From Asterias rubens (taxonomy: Eukaryota), in the NCBI RefSeq assembly GCF_902459465.1, contig NC_047062.1:14074001-14138000 (forward strand): 64,000 nt of DNA. Direction: 5' to 3'. A program made the position numbers and the translations under genes. Below the pieces are notes generated by a model. That model saw nothing but the letters and a program-made list of their open reading frames with translations. It had not been told where the DNA came from and made no database searches. Positions 43,201-53,300 of the stretch are shown one piece after another (position 1 is the stretch's first letter; each line of letters opens with the position of its first letter).

Positions 43201-46200
43201 TTGCCTTTTAGTTTTGTTTGTTGGTAGGGATAAGAGTAGGGTGAAAAGGGCTTTTAAAATGTATTCCAATAATTTGCTATCTTACCTCCAGTGTTACTAC
43301 AAATTCCTGGAATTTTTGTTTGAGTTGATCTTCGTAATACCACAGGACAAGCCTTCTGTTCAGGTCATCTCGTCTGCCTTTGCTCAGATGGTTCAACAGC
43401 ATGAATGGATGCTACAAACAGATTGAACAATACAAGAAAATTCAAGGAGTTTAGTGTTGCAAAGGGTAAACTGATAATCGAGACAAACACCACAAAAATA
43501 GACAAAAGACTCAAGAAATTCTTTACCTCTGAGAATTTTCTGAGTTTGCGTTTCTCGGGGAGCATCTCCTGGAGGTAGAGCTGTCTTAGCGCATCCATGG
43601 CGACCAGCGTTTCTCTCCTTCCTTTCTTCTTGACCATCGTCATGAGGGAGTCGAATGCCGAGGGCGTGTGAAGAGGTGCAGTCTGGACCTGTAGTGTCAG
43701 GGCAGCGATCTTATCGGCGAGGACACCGGTGCTGACAACGGTTCGCATCCACTGTGCTTTTGAGCTGACGTCACCCTGCTTTCCTGTATCAGGAACAATT
43801 AGTTTTATTTATTTTTAAAGACATGATGTCATACAAGAAATCATATGTATTGAACATGTGGCACTTCAAAACGATTTAATTGGGGTTACTGAAATATTAC
43901 AAATTTAAATTTAAAATAGTACACTTTTTTTTCCAACGAAACTCGGTAATAAGACTCGCTCAAATTGAATTGGGAAACTGAATGATTGGGCTATACATAA
44001 TAAGGACTTTAGTAGTTCAGTGTATGCATTTCAGGCACACTGATTAACAATCAGTAAAAGGTTGGCAGAAACATCAAATTTATGAGTAGGATTTGAAACT
44101 TTGCATGGTGGAGAATGCAACTTATTAAGGTTTGTGGTAACACCATGTACATGAGTAGGATTTGAAATTGTTCACAGTTGAGAATACAATACAAGTAAGG
44201 CTTAGAGTAACACCATGAACATGAAGCTATCTTAGGAGTTTTGGTCGCTCTAAAAAGAACCTGTTGGATAACACCCCCGTTTTTTTCAGAGCCACCACAA
44301 TTCATTAGCGAAATTCATGTACAAGGTGCAAACCTTATTACTCGATAAAGACTTATACCAATAATACGTAATGTTTCCACAGCCACATTAACACTGTAGT
44401 TAACCATGCATCTTTCTCTTATAAAAAGTCAGTACCAGTTCAAAGTAAAAACCAACCTGAAAGGTAGATTTGAATTTCATTTGAATAAAGCCTGCCGGCC
44501 AATCCCTTGTAAGCAGCAACGGTGATGTCATCAGAAAGTTCAAACTTTGTTGGATCTGACTGGAACTGGTAGAAGAAAAAAAAACAATGACAATAGTTTT
44601 TTAATGAAAACATGCATCAATGCCTTACAGCATAATATTGATCACATAAAAGATGGTTTCTCCAAACCATTTGATGACAGATGATGTCTTTTTGATTCAC
44701 ACTCGAATAATGGTAGACATTTATGACCCCTCCAACTCATGTTATAAATCTACCATCTTCTGGTAGTTACTGTGTAAAATGCCTGATTCCTGACCTTCCT
44801 CATTTTTCAGACAAAGAAGGATTTTGAGAGATCAATAGACCTTTATCATGCTGCCTCCATCTTGGTCATGTTCCTCGTATCGAATAACAATAATGAATGC
44901 TAATAATCAGCTTGCAAATAGGAACCAGACTATTTTGTTCTTCCAGCCTTGGTTTGGTAACATTGATATCAATGGGAGAAAGCCAAGATGGCTGCACCAT
45001 GATAAAAGTCTATTTGCTGCCATCATTGTTTATCATTACGAAAGGCAAGTTCTGTATTCCACCATAAATCTATTAAATCTTTGCAGTGCCCACTTCTAAT
45101 ATTTCGAACTACCTCTAGCCATGAGGCTAGCTCGGTGATCTACTGGTAAGACATCTGCTCTAGCAATGTAAAGGTCGTGGGTTTGAATCCCATCCGAGCG
45201 ATTAACATGTGGTTTTGTTTAAAGAACTTGGGAAAGCACCGAGTATACAGTGCTTTATACACCGGTGAAGGTGCAAGGGTAAACAACCAAATTATATTCC
45301 AGCATACCATGGTCCATCAGCCATGGCTTACAGCCAATTGGTTTGGCCAATTCAAGATATATTCCAGCATACCATGGTCTATCAGCCATGGCTTACAGCC
45401 AATTGGTTTGGCCAATTCAAGATATATTCCAGCATACCATGGTCTATCAGCCATGGCTTACAGCCAATTGGTTTGGCCAATTCAAGATATATTCCAGCAT
45501 ACCATGGTCTATCAGCCATGGCTTACAGCCAATTGGTTTGGCCAATTCAAGATATATTCCAGCATACCATGGTCTATCAGCCATGGCTTACAGCCAATTG
45601 GTTTGGCCAATTCAAGATATATTCCAGCATACCATGGTCTATCAGTCATGGCTTACAGCCAATTGGTTTGGCCAATTCAAGATATAAGACTTTCCACTGA
45701 AAAGTCTTCCAGTGACCTCAGTGAGGACACTGTTTGAACTTGTGGCCATCAAATCGAATGAGTCTATTCCAGTAGAAAGTGTTGTACCGCAATAAAGGCC
45801 ATGGACACTATTGGTAATTACTCAAAGTCGTTGTTAGCATAAAAACTCAGTTGGTAACGAGTAATGGAGAGCTAAACAATAATGTGTAACCTTAATAATG
45901 TGACAAATGGCTCCATCTGAAGTAGCGTTTAATCATTTTTGAGAGGTAGTTTCTCACTCAAATACTAAAAGACTTCAGGCCTCAAGCCTTTTATTGGGAT
46001 CTGGAAGCACATAAATTTGTGCAACAATGATGCCCTTTCTTTCATTATTCTCTTGCAACTTCGATGACCAATTGAGTCCAAATTTTCACAGATTTGTTAT
46101 TTTATGCATATGCTGAGATACACCAATTGAGAATACCTGTCTTTGACAATTACCAAAGGTGTCCAGTGCCTTTAAATATCAAGCAAAATCATGCAGAAGA

Positions 46201-49200
46201 TTAGTCCAAATGAAGATTTGATTCTTCATTTCTTACCTCTCGATAGAAGCATAACCCATCGGTCTCAAAGAGCAGGCTTTTCCTTGGCACGTAATCTTTC
46301 AATAGTTCTTCTGATGAAACTCTTTCCTTCCTGATGTTTTGCATTCCCGTTGATGTGCTTGACACCTCCGCATGCTGTAAGACGTCTGATTTACCCGAAG
46401 AGAGTTTTTCTTTCTTTTTAGCTGCTCCTTCCACTGCTCCTCCGGCTCCTGTCTTGTTGGTCTTCTTCATTTCTTTTGTTACTTTGGACAATCCTGAGGC
46501 AGGTTCTTTAGGAGACATTTCTTTCTTGGGAGATGTACTCGATTTCACAGTCTGCTCTTGGTTAACCATGGCATCTTGTTTTCCCTTTTTGGTAAGTTTC
46601 TTTTTCTTGTCTCGTTTGGCGATTACTTGAATGGGTTTGCTTTCCTGAGGTGTGATCTTTCGTACCTTTGAGATATTGCTGTTAACTTTTGCCAAGTCGC
46701 GTGGTGGTTTACTATAACATAAACAATAAAATAAGGGTGACAAAGGTAAGGTGTTAATTTCTTTTTCATTTACAATTATTAAGTTTCATTTTTTCTTTTT
46801 AATCTACAAAACCCCCAAAAAGATTTGACAGAAAAGCAAAATATATTTATAATAAAACTTTTATCAAAATGATTCTATTCTATTACTCTGTATGTTCAGA
46901 TCTACAACGTCAAATCTAATTATCCCTGTACATAATTTTTCAATTCCGACTGTCCTATATATGCACAGTATCGTACAATTAATGGACAGCAATATACAGG
47001 CCATTCAAATGAGAGGCAGATCACCTCATACATGTTTTAATATTTTGTCAATATCACCACCTCACTGTGAAAATTTGTCATAAAAGAACACTAAAAAAAT
47101 GTTCATGTGCTGTCATAAGATGTAAATGGTATCAACATACATTTGTGTGAGCACTGCAGTTGCAGGATGTGTAAATTATGCTTCAATCATCTGTTTGAAT
47201 TTTGAGGACCTTACTCATCATTTTCATCAGCCATAGTGAACACTGATGATGCTCAGGCATGAACACTTACTCTGATGGCACATTCTTGAAGCCCAAACTG
47301 CCAATGTAATCTTGCAGCTCATTAGGATCAACATCAAACTCCTTGTTTACCTCAGACCCAATTTCTTCATCATCTGACCCAGTGATGTCACCAATCAACT
47401 TCAGATCAGCCTTTCAGCAAAAAATAAATATATTTCTTGTCAGTATTTTCTTGTATTTTTATGTACTACTTAAAGCCATTATACACTTTCGGTACAGACA
47501 AAAAATTTAAAGTTCACAGATTTACAAAAAATTCACAGGGTTTACAGAAGGTAATGGTGAAAGACTTATCTTGAAATATTATTCCATGAAATGCATACTT
47601 TTTGAGAAAACATTAAAACAATTATCAATTCTCGACTACGAGAATTACGGATTTATAATAAACACGTGTCAAGACACAGCGTTATTTTCTCCCGACTCCG
47701 ATGACCGATTGAGCCTAAATTTTCACAGGTTTGTTATTTTATATATAAATTGTGATACACGAAATGTGGGCCTTGGACAATGTTGTTTACCGAAAGTGTC
47801 CACTGGCTTTAAGAGCCATTAAAGGAAGCAATTTAAGTTACAAATGTCTCCCTCATTTGTGTGTTGAAGGCAAGTTCTACAGTTAGCACAGGCAAGTTTT
47901 AAGTTTGTGCAGTGCAGATTTCTACCTTGCACTCAACATGTGTGATTCTTCTTCATTCCACCTGATCAGTCCAAATTAGTGACAGAAATCCAGGCCTTTA
48001 TAAATAAATGCCTAAATATCACAATATGTCCAGCTGATTGGAACTTAAACATCGTAGTTCCTTCAAGGTTAAATATTGGCATATTTATAAGCTGAAATTG
48101 CTGAAGAGGAAAGTGCTTTTGCGAGCCATTGAAAAAACTCCTTTGGGTCTTTTCTTTTCTCGATATGCGACTCCTCAAATTGGAGTTAGCATGCACGTCC
48201 AATCCACTCCATATCCTTGGCCCCAGCACGTCTGATATCAAAATCGTTCGCTTTCTTGAAAAACCATCTGCAACGATCTGCATCATGAATCATTTGCAGA
48301 TAGCCCTTCACTTTGAATTGTTCAAATATGGATCACAGGTTTTGATTAAAAAACAAATGAAATTTGAGTGTGAATTTTCTCAAAAAATCGCTCTTTTACC
48401 GCTACACCACTAATGTCGATTGTCCCCGACAGTGCGCTAATTTTTTTTCCAGGACAAACGTGGAAAATTATCAGCACACGTTCATCCTGGAGAGAAAAAA
48501 TTCCTGATCCGTGCTTTGTGTACAAACATATGAATTCGGGTCATCTCGTACCCAAGTCAACTCGTACCCAAGTCAACTCGTATCCAAGTCAACTCGTACC
48601 CAAGTCAACTCGTACCAAAGTCAACTTGTACCCGAGTCAACTCGTACCTGAGTCAACTCGTACCCAAGTCAACTCGCACCCAAATAAATGTTTTAAATTT
48701 TTGTTACTCTACTCGTACTGATAAATATTGTAGTTTAATTTATTTATTTATATTGTTAATCATACATTTAGCTATTCATTGCTGCAATGATTTTGTTTTC
48801 TTGGTTTTTTTTCATGTTGCAGTTTTTTTTTTACTTAGGCCCTACGGTGGGGAAAATTAATCAGAGAACTTTTTTTTTAATATAGGCTAGTTAGAATGAA
48901 TTTTTTGGGTTTTTTTATTCGGAAAAAGATAATAAGAACTTACGAAAAGTGTTTTGGTTGGAAAAAGTGGAACAGTATATTTGTTAAAATGTACTTGTTA
49001 TCGGAAAACGATAATCAGAACATAACACAAATGAATGAATTGAATGAATTCTTACCATGAAATTTTCTTTTGGGAACACTTTAACAGGAAAAACACCAAG
49101 GTAAACATGAAGGGTTGCGTTTTATACATAGTATTTTTTCATTGAAAATAATTGGTCTCATATGAACATGGAGGTCGAAATATTTATACCTCCTTGATAA

Positions 49201-50052
49201 CGAAGAACTAGTGTGCATCTGATCTGCTCAACGCCTTTCACGGCGACCCTTCAACACGGGAATTTAAAAGAAACCACAATGGTAATGGATTATATCTGAA
49301 TGAATATCCTAGCGGAAAAAAGGCAGCAATGAGATGAACAAACATTATTAAAAACGAAATTCGTGAGATTATTATTAATAAAAGTGAGCTCCATATGATG
49401 GTAGAACATCATTTTTATTTCCTTCGCTTACAAAATCACGTCGCACGGAAATTCTGTTTCGGCATACAACGTACGTTGTACGGTACGAGTTGACTTGGGT
49501 ACGAGTTGACCTGGGTACGAGTTGACCTAGGTACGAGTTGACTTTGGTACGAGCTGACTTGGGTACAATATTTTGGGTACGAGTTGACTTGGGTACGAGT
49601 TGACTTGGGTACGAGTTGACCTGTTTCGAAACATATATGGACACTCGTCTGGGAACTGATCTTGCACCTTACGGCTGTGACACCACGCTGCACCCATCCC
49701 AATTTAGCCAAATTTGTGCTGCAAAGGGATCACACTACTCAAGACTCAAGACAAGACTCAAGACTCATGAGTGAAAAAGTGGTGGCGTGATAGTACGGAA
49801 AGTTGTCCATACTTATTTAGCGGTACTTAAAAACCACATGCAAAGCAAGGAATTCTATTTCTAAACATCGTCGACGAGTCAATAATTGTAAAACATTTAC
49901 ACAAACAAAGATAAATTACTCACTTCGTTTCCGTCAATATATTTGATGTCATCAAGAGTAAGCTTGTCAAAATTACTACCCTTTTTCCTCTTCATTTTGC
50001 TTGTTTTCTTCACCTTTTTCGCACCACGTTTTTTATCCACGGTAGATGCCAT
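16299..50052 (-). CDS. CEBPZ: CCAAT/enhancer-binding protein zeta / NOC1-MAK21 ribosome biogenesis factor, 24 exons, about 1165 aa
   Basis: Exons 49924-50052, 47271-47410, 46237-46711, 44457-44565, 43527-43783, 43286-43411, 42669-42758, 41258-41342, 40559-40643, 27084-27180, 26117-26201, 25341-25455, 24749-24890, 24357-24485, 23983-24127, 23192-23274, 22421-22577, 21445-21577, 20834-20994, 19835-19892, 19288-19496, 17661-17866, 17045-17126 and 16299-16498 total 3498 nt with consistent phases. Motifs GVLADKIAA, KAQYYAVCFLNQ, LTGVNRAYPY, DRFYSALY, AFVKRLLQ, HYHPSVALFAKT, DFTLMKFLDRFVYRNPK and GLNAMANKDNA match CBF/Mak21. Confidence 0.96.
18993..19156. mobile_element. Small MITE in CEBPZ intron 21 (a second small MITE lies at about 18702-18868)
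   Basis: TIR aaggtttatcgcga / tcgcgataaacctt; the neighbour has aaggtcacactg / cagtgtgattggacctt. Confidence 0.7.
21250..21423 (-). mobile_element. tRNA-derived SINE family 2; copies also at 12262-12535 (+), 23387-23835 (+, interrupted by the hAT MITE), 60186-60300 (+)
   Basis: gtggctgagcggttaag..gggtttgagtccc..gtgtccttgagcaagacacttaa head shared by all copies. Confidence 0.8.
23395..23733. mobile_element. hAT-like MITE (339 bp) inserted into the head of a SINE
   Basis: TIR taagcttgggcgatatc / gatatcgcccaagctta; perfect 8-bp TSD gtcatggc at 23387-23394 and 23734-23741; subterminal atatcg repeats. Confidence 0.92.
27715..28120 (+). pseudogene. Decayed relic of the lectin gene upstream region ending in ATG TGG CGA GAG TAA
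   Basis: Colinear similarity to 29300-29650 and 32170-32540 (cttccctattgcctg.., cagcccaaggtct.., aaaatggaa.., gaaaagttcttgaaaataATGTGG); the ORF stops after 4 codons. Confidence 0.7.
28680..29027. mobile_element. MITE upstream of lectin copy 1
   Basis: TIR agctggtctcaggtcaacctt / aaggtcgacctgaggccagct flanked by TAA-like sequence. Confidence 0.75.
29642..30343 (+). CDS. Secreted C-type lectin-like domain + PAN/Apple domain protein (233 aa, intronless), nested antisense in CEBPZ intron 9; copy 1
   Basis: Single ORF with a hydrophobic signal peptide (MWQVYVCLVLVLVNTS). CTLD pattern C-xx-GW...CY...A..FC...LA....EEN..I...C......W....C....FIC (Cys23/34/52/123/137/145). PAN-type C-terminus CLLKH...CCFDCHYDPNCYSFN....CELNNAT. 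TATA-like TATAAGA at 29384. Confidence 0.9.
   Translation: MWQVYVCLVLVLVNTSRIDSCNCASGWKQNGQFCYKLVTNPQLDRYAADNFCISLNSVLAQPESKEENDHIQNMIQALPQSIFISLLLEPNVTVQHSIDVSDTFTYFNFKPSFLNTTPPTKRCTRFNDKGLWTLGRCEFLRSFICKQEIGRNPKSARCVAVAPNEDLCLLKHTYKEIKSDNNPAIQCCFDCHYDPNCYSFNMMGQMCELNNATASQVQDLAYKNGCAYFEVIA
31670..31895 (+). pseudogene. Partial relic of the lectin promoter/5'UTR block between copies 1 and 2
   Basis: ttgcctataa, taataacttgagatcgatgcaaac (identical to 32274-32297) and catgctctgtcattatccttttgccttgaagataatgcaggttttatc (shared with 27978-28022). No coding part follows. Confidence 0.65.
32533..33202 (+). pseudogene. Second CTLD-PAN paralog: CTLD intact (ORF 32533-33078, 181 aa), PAN part frameshifted and decaying; truncated gene or pseudogene
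   Basis: About 90% aa identity to copy 1 over the first 164 codons. A +1 indel near 33025 (aatggaacagctgtgc vs aatgaagacctgtgc) leaves the PAN residues in another frame (LCLLKHTYMYKEIK..CCFDCHYDSKCYSFN), with a Cys-to-Ser change and TTA-to-TAA at 33200-33202. Confidence 0.85.
36180..36329. mobile_element. 150-bp palindromic MITE in CEBPZ intron 9
   Basis: caataggagactttc..ggcagcagacataccgggtaaat mirrored by atttacccggtaagtctgctgcc..gaaagtctcccattg. Confidence 0.8.
38894..39246. mobile_element. MITE family B (about 350-375 bp); other copies 40152-40526, 47471-47811 and partial inverted 7228-7504
   Basis: TIR taaagccattagacactttcgg / ccgaaagtgtccaatagcttta; near-identical internal sequence (gttcacagatttacaaataactta..ctccgatgaccgattgagcctaa). 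Confidence 0.9.
41499..41650. other. Assembly gap (152 N) inside CEBPZ intron 7
   Basis: Run of N; flanking CEBPZ exons join in frame with no missing conserved residues. Confidence 0.99.
42200..42640. repeat. Interspersed repeat, also present inverted at 63730-64000 (cut by the window end)
   Basis: ggagggctttaccatttcatagctggaggggtgttgtg..tcaagaaccaggcctcg..accactagttgaaaacc matches the reverse complement of the last 270 bp. Confidence 0.85.
45294..45685. repeat. 65-bp minisatellite, 6 near-identical copies, in CEBPZ intron 3
   Basis: Unit atattccagcataccatggtctatcagccatggcttacagccaattggtttggccaattcaagat; period 65 read directly from the sequence; explains ORFs 45177-45737, 45323-45700 and 45343-45687. 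Confidence 0.97.
48538..49623. mobile_element. Foldback-type non-autonomous DNA element whose termini are inverted arrays of a 16-bp unit
   Basis: About 8.5 copies of ctcgtacccaagtcaa at 48545-48682, about 8 inverted copies at 49482-49623, and an AT-rich non-coding core. Confidence 0.85.
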
Positions 50053-50317
50053 TATTGAATGACAAGCGCCCTCAAGGGCCAGTTTAGAGATAGTCCGTTC
50101 TTTCGCAACCCACCCCCCCTTTTAACTTCGTTCTCTGCACACGCCCTCATATCATCCCCTTATGTAAATTGGGCACAAGCGGCGATGTGTAGATGGAAAC
50201 GAGAATTCATAATGACGAAAGATTAAAAATGGCAGCGTGCACAAAACTCTGCAATACAACATTGCGATTCCTGTGTATTGTTGGAAAATAAACTTGGGAT
50301 CTGATTTTTGGATAATC
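50053..50317. promoter_or_regulatory. Bidirectional promoter CEBPZ/DRAP1
   Basis: Divergent start codons 265 bp apart; CpG-retaining; TTGAGGGCGCT on the minus strand at 50065-50075 and a related TGAGGGCGT at 50141-50149. Confidence 0.85.
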
Positions 50318-53300
50318 ATGCCTAGAAAGAAGAAGAAATACAACGCCCGATTTCCACCAGTAAGTTGTCACAGTCACGATTGATAATGGAAGGCCTGTTC
50401 GCAAAATATTATTTTGTTTGTTACCCATTAACCATTTTTTATTTAATTATAATTTTATTTATCTTTTTAATTTTAATTAAAAAAAAAAAAAAATTAAACA
50501 TTATTAAATAGACCCTAATTAATTAGGATATTTAAATAAAAACAAGTTTTATTTATTTTTTATTTTTATTTTTTTAAATGAATCAATTAATAATAGAATA
50601 GACCTTATGCACATGACGTCATTTCAGTACGGCGCCCTCGCCTTGAGGTCAAAAGGAGGTTGTTCATAGGCCAATCTATGTGCGTTTCGATTGTTTCGTC
50701 ACCGTTTGACCTCAAAGATGGCGGCTGGATGACGTCAATGCATAAGGTCTATATTATGCCTAGCCCAATTGATTTTCAGGATTAATAATAATCATTATTG
50801 ATCAATAATAATTGAAAAATGTTTACTAATTTTTTTAATGGATAACTTTCCGTATGGCGCCACCACTTTTTCACTCATTTTTACAAAAAGGGATATATCA
50901 ATCAGGTAAATAAGTTCTTATTATATTATTGGATAACTTTCCGTATGGCGCCACCACTTTTTCACTCATTTTTACAAAAAGGGATTTATCATTGAGGTAA
51001 ATAAGATACTATATTATTTCATATCGGATGAAAAAGTGGTGGCGCCATACGGAAACTTTTCCATATTATTTCATATCGAATGAAAAAGTGGTGGCGCCAT
51101 ACGGAAACTTTTCCTTTTTAATTTTAATAAAAATGAAAGTATGATTTTGAAATCAAATTTAATTAAATGATCATTTATTTGTTTCTGTTTTTTATTGTTA
51201 AACAGGCAAGGATAAAGAAGATAATGCAGCTGGACGAAGATGTTGGCAAAGTGGCTGCAGCTGTACCGGTCGTCATTTGTATTCTTTTTAAAACAAAAGT
51301 TAGGCAGTGGCGCGCTGCAACTATGCCGGTGGCCTTTTACGCAGAACTATTTAGTACGAGTATGAGGTTCGATCTGCATTATTCGTATAGCGCCTAGCGG
51401 ATTAAACCTCATAGTTGTAGGAGTACCCCCAGTGCCCAAGTGAATATTTTGATGGCCCAGGCTTTTTAAATTTAATTAAGTTAACTAACTTCGCGTTTAC
51501 ATTCCGGTCCATAAGTTGTTCCAATCATGATGGATGCTGGTGCATGCGCATGCTCTCGCAGACACAGATTTACAGATTGGGAGGAGAGGATGGTCTTGGT
51601 CAATGGTTACAGCTTATATAAAGCCCCCTTAATGTTCTTGAGAAATTTGTCTACATGGCCCTTATTAAGTTTGTTCATTATTGCCAGAACTTGCTGAGGT
51701 TAAGGTTAGACCTTTTCTTGTACAGTTTCAGTTCATTTCCCCTCTGCTGAACGGTTGAAAAATCACAAAAGTTCTTGGGGTCCAACCCTCAAGACCCCTA
51801 GATAATCTTAAGGTCTCTATGAGATCTCCCCGCATCCTTCTGCGCTCCATTGTGGTCAACTTCACTTCCTTGAGTTCGTCTACGTGTGATAGACCTCCGA
51901 TCATTCTGATCCCTCTCTTTTGGAGTCCTTCCATGAGATCAATGTTCCTTTGTAGAAGAGGCCTCCATGCCTGGACACAGTAGCCTAATTGAGAGGCCTG
52001 ACCAACTCTTTGTAGAGTCTAATGACCTTCGACACCATGAGTGTGCTAGGCGCTGCTTCAGAAGTTTTCTTAATGGGATCAATATTAATGGGATAAATGA
52101 ATTAAATCTTCTGAAGCAAAAGTTGCATTTACAAATAATGCTTTTAGTCAATAATACCATCATACAATACCATTCTTTTCAACTTCCACTTTTCCACGAA
52201 TAATGAATGGCTGGCTTCATAACATGTTATGTATAATCATTACCATCTCTAAATTATACGGTCTCTTGAATGGTGTCCGCAGCTTTACTCAGATGTACTT
52301 ATTTTTTGTCCAGGTTTTTCTGGTGATTTTACACTTTTTTAAGCTCATACATAGTGTCTTCAAGGCAAAAACATCAAACCACCCATCTGAGTTTCAGGCC
52401 CTGTTTGTCAGCAATGGCGATGAGTCTCTGTCTCACACCTAAGAATAGAAACCTGTGTTAGTTTTAGTCCTTGACGGATACCTTCATTTAGCCAAGGCGC
52501 TGGAGATCTTTGTAGAATCTCTTCTGACAAAGTCGCTGCAACAGACTCAAGCCAGAAGTGCTAAGACGATGTCAACATCTCATATGTAAGAAATGTTCTG
52601 GGATTTATTTCTTTAATTGAACAGTAGTTTGAATATAATACAGAAATTTGGTGGAGTAAAGAGAGAACAATCATTAGTAATCTTTTAAAATAGAACATTT
52701 ATATTATAATAATAATAACAGAACCTTTATAAAGTGGATGTAATTAATAAATGCAAAGCGCTGAAAATGAAAATGAAAGAAAGCCAGAAAGATTGGGGGA
52801 GGGGCAGACTGGATAAACCAAGATTACATGCGACCAGAGAAAAGATGGGTCTTGAGGGCCTTTTAAAAGCAGTGAGACCAGTTGAATTTCCAACATAAAT
52901 CGGAAGTTTATTCCATAGCCGATGGGCAGAGACAGAAAAAGTTTGGTCACCAGCCTGGATGCGAGATTGTATTAAAACTATATTGGTTTTAATTTTACAG
53001 GAAAGCAGCACAAATAGTTAAATAATCTTTCATTAAAAATAAGATTTACCAACATAAAAATGCAGTTATTAATCTTTGTGCTGTTCCTTTTTCCGCTAGA
53101 AAACAATGCATCGAGAGTGAGGGCACATTTGATTTTCTGAAGGACCTTGTGGAGAATGTACCAGACATGCCATGTGAGGAGGAAGATGGTCCTCAACCAC
53201 CCACTGTGCATCCAACTGAGCGAAAACACAGGCAGCATAATAAGTAAGGATGGGTACAACCAGGCATCTTTCTTATAAGGTTTAGGCAGTTTTTTTTATC

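Noticed and set aside
45177-45737. Three overlapping long ORFs (186, 125, 114 aa)
   Set aside because: Artefact of a stop-free 65-bp tandem repeat; no independent evidence of coding.
47100-47270. Possible intronic C/D snoRNA (ATGATGA on the CEBPZ strand near 47215-47221)
   Set aside because: No CTGA D box at a suitable distance and no terminal stem.
48545-48682. Regular short repeats suggesting a CRISPR array (also the 18-bp units at 5230-5450)
   Set aside because: Head-to-tail repeats without unique spacers, no cas genes, eukaryotic context.
48413-49711. ORFs with SQLVPKSTRTQVNSYP repeats
   Set aside because: Translations of the 16-bp foldback arrays.
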